Part shown: piece by piece, positions 57,097-64,000 of the stretch | Position numbering within the stretch: the stretch's first letter is position 1 | How the letters are laid out: every line of letters begins with the position of its first letter | Source of the DNA: an uncultured Bdellovibrionales bacterium | Lineage (GTDB): Bacteria; Patescibacteriota; Minisyncoccia; Moranbacterales; GWC2-37-73 | Assembly (NCBI GenBank): GCA_964500125.1 | Contig: CAZCMV010000001.1 | Coordinates: 54,119 to 118,118, forward strand | Length of the DNA stretch: 64,000 nucleotides | Reading direction: 5' to 3' | The notes under the pieces: generated by a model | The model's input: the letters and a program-made list of their open reading frames with translations, nothing else | The model's database searches: none | What the model was told of the DNA's origin: nothing | Program-made: the position numbers and the translations under genes

Positions 57097-58284
57097 TTAA
57101 GATTTATTAATGATTCTATCAATATATTCCCCAAATTTCTCAATAAATCTCTCCCTGCTAAACTCTCCCGCTCTAGCTCTTACAACTTCCCTGTCATATT
57201 CCCCTTCTTTCTCCAAAAATCTCCGTACTCCATCAGCTAACACTTCCGGGGTTTGGGCATCAAAAAACTCACCGGTTTTTCCTTCGATAACTGTTTCACA
57301 TACTCCTCCACTGCGATAGGCAATAACCGGCACACCGCAAAACATTGCTTCCACTGCCGTAATGCCAAAATCATCTTCCGCCGGGAAAATAAAAGCGCGT
57401 GCATTGGCATATAATTCAGCTATTTCCTCATCATTTTTCCAACCGACAATCTTCACGTTTTCTTTGGCAATTTTGCGCAAATGCTCCAATTGCTCCCCTT
57501 CACCCACAACCACAAGCGGTAACTTTAACTTATTGAAAGCCTCCACCACAATATCCACCCGTTTGTATGGAGAAAGCCGAGAAACAACCAAGAAGTATTT
57601 AGTATTTAGTATTTGGTATTTGGTATTTTTCAAGCCCTCGTCTCTTGCATTTTGCATTTTGTTACATGTTTCATGCTTCATGTTACATGTCTCTTGTGCA
57701 ACTGGTGGATATATAACCTCCGCTTCTCTCCGATAATACTTTTGGATGCGCTTTTGAGTGTATCTAGAATTAGCAATCAAATAATCAGGCCGGTCCGCCG
57801 CCAAACGATCCCATACCCGCACATAGTTCAAAACAACCCGTGCCAAAAGCGACAACTTCTTTTGTTTTATTTCCTTGGCATATTTATCATTGTAATCCCA
57901 AACAAAACGCATCGGGGAATGCAAATAGGCCACATGGATTGTATCCAACTTGGTCACAATTCCCTTGGTCCATGCCCCGGAAGAAGAAATGACCAAATCA
58001 TAGTCGCGAAGATCGAACGCCTCAGGCATAACCATGAAAAATGGCAGAAGCCAACGATGACGTCTGCGCAAAAAATTAGGAAATTTTTGTAAATAAGAAG
58101 TTTTTATGCGTTTCTCATCAATCATTCCGCGCATTTTTTTTCGGTCATACAAAAGCGTATAGATAGGCGCCTCGGGATACATCTCACCAAATACTTTCAA
58201 AACCCTTTCTGCCCCACCATATTGGTTGAGAAAATCATGCACCAATGCCACTTTTAGTTCTTTGTTATCCATATGTCTTCTCAA
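57097..58284 (-). CDS. glycosyltransferase family 4 (GT-B) with repeat-derived linker insertion
   Basis: VVGEGEQ, EDDFGITAVEAMFCGVPVIA (EX7E region); insertion QETCNMKHETCNKMQNARDEGLKNTKYQILNTKYF encoded by tandem heptamers. Confidence 0.75.
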   Translation of the reverse strand: MRRHMDNKELKVALVHDFLNQYGGAERVLKVFGEMYPEAPIYTLLYDRKKMRGMIDEKRIKTSYLQKFPNFLRRRHRWLLPFFMVMPEAFDLRDYDLVISSSGAWTKGIVTKLDTIHVAYLHSPMRFVWDYNDKYAKEIKQKKLSLLARVVLNYVRVWDRLAADRPDYLIANSRYTQKRIQKYYRREAEVIYPPVAQETCNMKHETCNKMQNARDEGLKNTKYQILNTKYFLVVSRLSPYKRVDIVVEAFNKLKLPLVVVGEGEQLEHLRKIAKENVKIVGWKNDEEIAELYANARAFIFPAEDDFGITAVEAMFCGVPVIAYRSGGVCETVIEGKTGEFFDAQTPEVLADGVRRFLEKEGEYDREVVRARAGEFSRERFIEKFGEYIDRIINKS

Positions 58285-58548
58285 AAATTAACTAAAACAA
58301 GCCAATTTTACCTTAGCTCCAACTATCCCTATTATACCAATTATCCCCATATCCTTCAATCGCCCCTCGCCCACCCTCTTTCGCACAGAGTATTAGCATT
58401 TCTGGTCTTTTTTTGCTATTATTAAAGCATCAATGATATACAAACGAGTTATACGCAATTGCGAAAAAGCCCCATTTATTCCCCGATAATCACCGAGAAT
58501 TCAACATGGCTTAAAAGATGAATTATTTTATATTTTTTAAATGAGCTT

Positions 58549-59598
58549 ATGAATGATATTAACTTAGATACTTTCTCAAAACTTGTATCAGAAAAGCTTG
58601 GTAAACAAATAACTTTTTCTGAAATCGAAAAAATCGGTGGCGGTTATCATTCTGACGGCTTCAAATTAAGCACGACCGACGGCAAATCTTTCTTTTTAAA
58701 ATATGTCAGGTCTCACGACCTGGGCTTTGAATTTCCCGAGCGTCATATTATGTCCTTAATGATTAGCAATGGTATGGGGCAAAGGGCTAGAAATAATCCT
58801 GCTTCTGTCGGGGTTGTCATTCAGAACGAACATGAAGAAATAATGCTTCCGGAAATAACAGATTCAACAAAAGTTTTCCATCTTCAAGAATTCGGTGGAA
58901 TAGGCACGAGTTACTCTACATTATTGAATGGAAACATTAACAAAAAATCAGTAGATAAAGAGGACAAGAAACAACTTAACGCTATTGCCGACAAGCTGAT
59001 AGAAATACATTCGGTCAAACACCCCTCAAAGGATAGAGATAAGCTCAAAGCAGTATATGATGATGGGCTACGAAATATGCTCATTAGTCCGGAGTTATCA
59101 ATCATGGTACTTTCTGAATTTCCAGATGATTATAAAATTCTTGATTTGGAAGGACAAAAGGAAATGATTTCATTGATGTATGAAAATATCAAGGCGTGCA
59201 TGGGCCGATTTGATAGATTAACGGCACTACATGGTGACTTTTGGGGAGCTAATATTTTTTTCAAAGATGATGGCAACATATTTATAATCGATTTTTCTCG
59301 CATACCATGGGGCGATCCCGCCATTGATGTTGGTTGGTTCATTACTGAGTATCTTTGGTATTATCATTCAACAGGAAACAAGTATTTCAAGGATTTGACT
59401 GAAACATGGCTAAGAATTTACGAAGAAAAATCAGGCGACAAAGAACTCCGCAAATTCATGCCTATTGTCATTGGTTGGCTTGGAATTGTGAGAATTTATC
59501 CACGCTGGTTTCCAGGCCATGAAATTGAAATTGCCACTCGTTTTATAAATCACGTGAAAGACATATTAAGAAAAAAAGAATTTATATGGAACGATTAA
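58549..59598 (+). CDS. APH/choline-kinase-family protein kinase-like phosphotransferase
   Basis: HGDFWGANIFF (Brenner motif), IIDFSRIPWGDPAIDVG (DFS...GDP). Confidence 0.7.
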   Translation: MNDINLDTFSKLVSEKLGKQITFSEIEKIGGGYHSDGFKLSTTDGKSFFLKYVRSHDLGFEFPERHIMSLMISNGMGQRARNNPASVGVVIQNEHEEIMLPEITDSTKVFHLQEFGGIGTSYSTLLNGNINKKSVDKEDKKQLNAIADKLIEIHSVKHPSKDRDKLKAVYDDGLRNMLISPELSIMVLSEFPDDYKILDLEGQKEMISLMYENIKACMGRFDRLTALHGDFWGANIFFKDDGNIFIIDFSRIPWGDPAIDVGWFITEYLWYYHSTGNKYFKDLTETWLRIYEEKSGDKELRKFMPIVIGWLGIVRIYPRWFPGHEIEIATRFINHVKDILRKKEFIWND

Positions 59599-60452
59599 GC
59601 CCAGAACCAAATCTAAGCAAAAAAGAATTGAAAGTTAATATTGTTCGTCATGGCCCATCATCTTATCGACAACCCGAATGGAATGATGTAAAAACTGCCG
59701 ACGACTTGAACACCATTGGCCGATATGTCGATGGTCAAAAAACAGGCGAAGAAATCTTAAAAGGAAAAATTGAGGCTACTGAAATAATAGAAAAGACAGC
59801 TGAAAAAATCGCAGCTGAGGTTGAATCGGATGAAGAAGTTGCTATTTGGTCATCTCCAACGGGCAGAACGCTCGAAACAGCCAGAATAATCAGCGAGGTT
59901 CTGCAAGAAAAGGGCATCAAGCTTAGAACGAAAAAAGCTTCTGACGAATACGGGATCAAAACTTTTGAAAAATTGGGGGAGGTTAAAAATTTCTCTTGGC
60001 CACTTTTTGAACCTTTGATGAATGGCGGAGAAATAGAATATGGTGAAGTTAAATTTAAAATCGAAAAGTCATTGTCAAATCCAAATAATCTTGGTTATCC
60101 TGATTATTTCACATCTGATGCAATCAAAAACATTCCTGATGAAGTAAAAGCAATGTGGCCCAAAAGTTATGTGGACGAAATTGAAAAATTTGAAAGTTTT
60201 GCAGAAGTGAATAAAAGAATGATTGATACACTAAGTCACCTTAAAAAAGTTGGTGACAAAAAATACAGGGTAATTATTGTTACACACGACGCGCTCACGG
60301 GAGGAATTGTAAAAACATTTACCCATGATAAATTTGCAGGAATTGACCCCGGTCAACTCATTTCCATAGAAAGAAAAGATGATAAATTAGTAGCAACACG
60401 AGTTGGCAATATTTCCGAGGGTGATAGCGAAAAAGACATTACGGAGCAATAA
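59586..60452 (+). CDS. histidine phosphatase superfamily (PGAM-like) protein
   Basis: VNIVRHGPSSY (RHG catalytic motif) and later TGRTLETA, VIIVTHDAL. Confidence 0.6.
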   Translation: MERLSPEPNLSKKELKVNIVRHGPSSYRQPEWNDVKTADDLNTIGRYVDGQKTGEEILKGKIEATEIIEKTAEKIAAEVESDEEVAIWSSPTGRTLETARIISEVLQEKGIKLRTKKASDEYGIKTFEKLGEVKNFSWPLFEPLMNGGEIEYGEVKFKIEKSLSNPNNLGYPDYFTSDAIKNIPDEVKAMWPKSYVDEIEKFESFAEVNKRMIDTLSHLKKVGDKKYRVIIVTHDALTGGIVKTFTHDKFAGIDPGQLISIERKDDKLVATRVGNISEGDSEKDITEQ

Positions 60453-60476
60453 GAAGTTTTAAGTTTGATATAATTA

Positions 60477-61706
60477 TCACTTCAAAATACCGGCAATTTC
60501 TTCCGCGCATTTTTCCCAACTGAATCTCTTCACATTTTCCAATCCCCTTTGCACATATTCTTCGCGCAAAGAGCGATCATCGATAAGCAAAGCCATGGCT
60601 TTGGCAATGGATTGGGCGTCATGCACATCCACCAAGACTGCACTCTCCTCAGCAACTTCCGGTATGGAAGAATTGCGACCGGCAATAACTGGGCAACCCA
60701 CGCTCTGTGCTTCCAAAACCGGAATGCCAAAGCCTTCATATAATGTTGGAAACACAAACGCCTCCGCACTTTTCATTAACTCAAACTTCTCTCCATCACT
60801 AACGTAACCAAGTTCCATTATATCATCCTGAAACCTAGAACCTAGAACCTGAGACCTTATTTTTTCATAGCCATAGCCAGGCTTTCCTGCTAAAACTAAT
60901 TTATGCAACACCTGATATTTTTCCTTCAGAATTTCAAATGCCTTAACAATATTTACCACGTTCTTCCGCTCTTCAATCCGCCCAATGAATAACAAGAATT
61001 TTGAATTTTTAATTTTTAATTTTGATTGAATTTCCAATGTTTCAAATTTTGAATTTTTAAAATTCTGATTTGATTCGAAATTCGAAATTCGAAATTCGAA
61101 ATTCTTCTCGTATCCTTCATACACTACCTCAATCTTATTCTCCGAAACTCTATATAACCGCTCCAAATCAAACCTTGTATTTTGCGAAACGGAGATAATT
61201 TTATTGGCCCACTTGCAAGACATTTTTATGCTTAAGCGCATATACAGTCGTTCCCAAAAAGAATATGCATTTGGGCAGAATTCATATTCAAGTCCATGTA
61301 TTGTAACAACTGTATTTTTCGGATGAATCCAAGGCACAGTATGCGCCGGCACAAAAAGCGCATCAACCGGATGAATCAACATTTCCCAAGCCAATCCTAC
61401 CTGCGTCCAAAGTCTCGGCATTTTTACAACCCTGACTCTCCAATTCGCTGGAATTACAATTTCCCCATCTTTTATATCCGCACTTTCATTTTGATTTTTG
61501 ATTTTTGATTTTTGATTTTTTCTAATATACAAAACTACTTCGTAATCACGAAGTTCATCCAAAAGATGCCTAATAACCTGATAAGAATATTCCTCTATCC
61601 CTGTGCGCTTATCCAAAAAAGCACGGGAGGCGTCGATACCAATAATCATAAGCGACTCTAATTTACTAATAAGCACTCTAATGACTCCAATAACAATTCG
61701 GGTCAT
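60477..61706 (-). CDS. glycosyltransferase family 4 (GT-B) with repeat-derived linker insertion
   Basis: EGFGIPVLEAQSVGCPVIA; inserted low-complexity NFEFRISNFESNQNFKNSKF and KNQKSKIKNQNES encoded by gaaattc and gattttt tandem repeats. Confidence 0.75.
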   Translation of the reverse strand: MTRIVIGVIRVLISKLESLMIIGIDASRAFLDKRTGIEEYSYQVIRHLLDELRDYEVVLYIRKNQKSKIKNQNESADIKDGEIVIPANWRVRVVKMPRLWTQVGLAWEMLIHPVDALFVPAHTVPWIHPKNTVVTIHGLEYEFCPNAYSFWERLYMRLSIKMSCKWANKIISVSQNTRFDLERLYRVSENKIEVVYEGYEKNFEFRISNFESNQNFKNSKFETLEIQSKLKIKNSKFLLFIGRIEERKNVVNIVKAFEILKEKYQVLHKLVLAGKPGYGYEKIRSQVLGSRFQDDIMELGYVSDGEKFELMKSAEAFVFPTLYEGFGIPVLEAQSVGCPVIAGRNSSIPEVAEESAVLVDVHDAQSIAKAMALLIDDRSLREEYVQRGLENVKRFSWEKCAEEIAGILK

Positions 61707-61736
61707 TCGAGTGAAAATTCGAGTATTAGAGTCGCC

Positions 61737-62744
61737 TTATTTAGCCAATAGAACTGTCTTTTTATACAAATCCAAATTATCCAAAGCCATGCCAATTCCC
61801 TTGATCACACAAAAAAGCGGGTCATCAGCAACATAGGTAGGCACTCCGATTGTCTTGGTAATCAATTGATCGAGATTGCGCAAAAGAGCCCCCCCACCTG
61901 AAAGCACCATACCTTTATCCATTATGTCCGCAGCCAATTCCGGCGGCGTTTCTTGGAAAACTTTCTTCACCGCATTGATCACTTCGCGAAGTTCATCTTG
62001 CAAAGCCTCTGTCACCTCATTAGAAGAAATACGCACAGTCTTTGGCAAACCTCCCATTAAATCACGTCCGCGCACATCCATGTATTCCTCTTTCACTTGC
62101 GCAATTGCACTGCCAATCTCAATCTTAATTTCTTCAGCCGTACGATCACCAATCGCCAAGCCATGTTTGCGCTTGATATAGTCTGAAATTGCTTGATCAA
62201 AACGATTACCACCCACACGCGCACTATGTGCCGCCACCACGCCACCCAAAGAAATCACCGCAATTTCCGAAGTACCACCGCCAATATTAATAATCATGTT
62301 CCCCTGCGCATTATGGATTGGAATACCTGCGCCAATTGCAGCAAGTAATGGTTCTTTCACAACATAGGCGGATTTAGCACCTGCTTTTACCGCCGCGTCC
62401 ACAACCGCACGACGCTCCGTTGAAGTAACCCCAGCAGGAATAGAAATCATCACTTCGGGACGCACTAAACGAAACTTGCCGCTAATCTTGTTTATAAAAT
62501 AGCGCAGCATCGCTTCTGTTACACGATAGTCGGCAATCACGCCATCTTTCATTGGTCGCGAAGCCATGATATTGTCAGGTGTGCGTCCCAACATTTCCTT
62601 AGCTTCGTTTCCAACCGCCAAAACCTTATTCTCAATCATTGAAACAGCCACCACCGATGGCTCATTAACGACTATTCCTTTACCAGGAACAAATACCAAA
62701 GTATTGGCGGTTCCCAGATCCACACCCATTTTTCGAATAAACAT
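61737..62744 (-). CDS. mreB: rod-shape determining protein MreB
   Basis: GVDLGTANTLVFV, actin-fold phosphate motifs, 335 aa. Confidence 0.9.
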   Translation of the reverse strand: MFIRKMGVDLGTANTLVFVPGKGIVVNEPSVVAVSMIENKVLAVGNEAKEMLGRTPDNIMASRPMKDGVIADYRVTEAMLRYFINKISGKFRLVRPEVMISIPAGVTSTERRAVVDAAVKAGAKSAYVVKEPLLAAIGAGIPIHNAQGNMIINIGGGTSEIAVISLGGVVAAHSARVGGNRFDQAISDYIKRKHGLAIGDRTAEEIKIEIGSAIAQVKEEYMDVRGRDLMGGLPKTVRISSNEVTEALQDELREVINAVKKVFQETPPELAADIMDKGMVLSGGGALLRNLDQLITKTIGVPTYVADDPLFCVIKGIGMALDNLDLYKKTVLLAK

Positions 62745-62800
62745 ATTTCAAAATCAAAATGCAAAAGTCAAAAATCAAAATGACAATGCAAAATTCAAAA

Positions 62801-63250
62801 TTACTTCAACTTTATATATCTTTTTTGTTTATAATTCCTAATTCCCTCGCACGTAGTTTGCACCATTTTAGTAGGAAGGTTGTCTAAAGAAAACCATCGC
62901 ACATCATCACACTTTTCTGGTTCCATATTTTTAGCTTCCCCTTTTTTCAAATCTGCCAAAAAATTTATTGCTATCCAATGCTGATTTTCTTTTTTTATTA
63001 TATGATCAGTATGCGGAAGCTGCCCCCAAATATCAATATCAATTCCAATTTCCTCTTTTATCTCCCGTTTTGCCATAGCAACCGCTTTTTCACCATATTC
63101 AATGGAGCCACCAGGCTTTGACCACCATCCAGCCTCATTTTTTGCATTTTTGCTACGCTTCATCAACAATACCTCTTTCTTTTTATTGAATATCAATACT
63201 CCTCCACCAACACCAATATAATCTCTTCCCGCTTTAAATTCCTTGTTCAT
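62801..63250 (-). CDS. NUDIX hydrolase
   Basis: Nudix box GGSIEYGEKAVAMAKREIKEEIGI. Confidence 0.75.
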   Translation of the reverse strand: MNKEFKAGRDYIGVGGGVLIFNKKKEVLLMKRSKNAKNEAGWWSKPGGSIEYGEKAVAMAKREIKEEIGIDIDIWGQLPHTDHIIKKENQHWIAINFLADLKKGEAKNMEPEKCDDVRWFSLDNLPTKMVQTTCEGIRNYKQKRYIKLK

Positions 63251-63330
63251 ATGGATAAATTATTCAATCACTTCAATATATTAAAATATGAACGTATTTT
63301 GCATTTCCTAAAAAGCTAACAAGCTAATAC

Positions 63331-64000
63331 CTAAGAAGCTACCCTTTTAATCTCCGCTCCTAATTTTTGCAACCTTTCTTCAATCTTTTCATATCCCCTG
63401 TCCACCTGGTATATGTCTTCAATCACACTTGTTCCATTTGCACAGAGCGCCGCGATAATCAAAGACGCTCCGGCACGCAAATCATAACTCTTGATATTGC
63501 TGGCCTTCAATTTCACAGGTCCTTTGATCACGACTTGGTGCGGATTCAATATCGTAGCATGCACACCCATCTTTTCCAATTCGCTGACATAATTAAAGCG
63601 TCCTTCAAAAAGCGTATCGAAAATCATCGTCTCGCCCTCGGCCTGCGTCGCCAACACTCCCAACGGCGCTTGAATATCAGTCGGTATTCCCGGATACGTA
63701 CGCGTATCGATTTTTTCAATGGCTCTGAGATTTTCAGTGGGAATCACTTCTATCACATCTTTTTCAATTTTAAAATCAGCACCGAATTGACGCAGTCTCT
63801 CCAACACCAAATCCAAATCGTTCTCACGAGCATTCTGCACACGAATAGGACTTTTGGTTGCCACGCCCATAATCAAAAATGTCGCCGCCTCATTGGCATC
63901 AGGAATAATCTCATGATTTGTTCCCTTCAATATTTTATTTCCTTCGATTGTCAAAGTGTGTGTTCCCAATCCCTCAATTTTAGCGCCCATTGAAATCAAA
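63331..64000 (-). CDS. murA: UDP-N-acetylglucosamine 1-carboxyvinyltransferase, C-terminal part (gene continues beyond window)
   Basis: LRAGASLIIAALCANGTSVIEDIYQVDRGYEKIEERLQKLGAEIKRV; ORF runs off the 3' edge. Confidence 0.85.
   Translation of the reverse strand, partial: LISMGAKIEGLGTHTLTIEGNKILKGTNHEIIPDANEAATFLIMGVATKSPIRVQNARENDLDLVLERLRQFGADFKIEKDVIEVIPTENLRAIEKIDTRTYPGIPTDIQAPLGVLATQAEGETMIFDTLFEGRFNYVSELEKMGVHATILNPHQVVIKGPVKLKASNIKSYDLRAGASLIIAALCANGTSVIEDIYQVDRGYEKIEERLQKLGAEIKRVAS

Overview
This 64 kb window comes from a low-GC, small-genome bacterium. The gene content looks Patescibacteria/CPR-like (short EF-Ts, many GT2/GT4/GT39 glycosyltransferases, sparse metabolism), but that assignment is an inference. 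It divides into two parts.

Positions ~1 to 21.9 kb are accessory DNA. There appear to be two integrative elements in tandem, each carrying a paralogous large serine recombinase (6996-8660 and 20400-21989). Both abut a tRNA cluster: tRNA-Trp(CCA), rpmG, tRNA-Thr(GGT), tRNA-Tyr(GTA), tRNA-Thr(TGT), all on the minus strand. The 3' end of the second recombinase gene runs into the 3' end of tRNA-Trp. A ~14-nt copy of that tRNA-end sequence recurs inside the 3' end of the first recombinase gene.

The most striking cargo is a tightly packed five-gene minus-strand operon at 8815-17687. It encodes a PLD(HKD)-nuclease/SNF2-helicase fusion of 1079 aa, an Eco57I/PglX/DrmMI-type gamma N6-adenine methyltransferase of 1204 aa (NPPY motif), a small single-pass membrane protein, a protein with an RNxxxH HEPN-type motif, and a DUF2726 restriction-endonuclease-fold membrane protein. 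This resembles a reduced, rewired DISARM-class-1-like methylation-dependent defence module. It lacks DrmA and DrmB and matches no described system exactly. A second RNxxxH (HEPN-like) protein of 422 aa and a possible Abi-like partner lie at 1338-3327.

The element also holds a ~2.4 kb essentially non-coding stretch (17.7-20.15 kb). It contains a candidate terminator-ended sRNA, a 250-bp cassette of two ~70-bp direct repeats (each with a TTCAAGAATTGAA palindrome) flanked by imperfect inverted repeats, and an ~800-nt GC-rich hairpin-rich island that does not code convincingly on any frame.

Positions 22 to 64 kb are core genome. Assigned genes are rpsB, tsf, rpmE, mscL, rseP, frr, prfA, prmC, holB, mreB and a partial murA. 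There are a PSP1/YaaT protein, a GGDEF protein, a BNR lipoprotein, several GT4 and two GT39 transferases, a WecA-like transferase, a GT2 transferase, and a lysine-rich histone-like mini-protein. An operon around a VirB4/VirD4-like P-loop ATPase sits at 43.6-51 kb.

Several conserved genes (prmC, two GT4 genes) carry in-frame tandem heptamer-repeat insertions.
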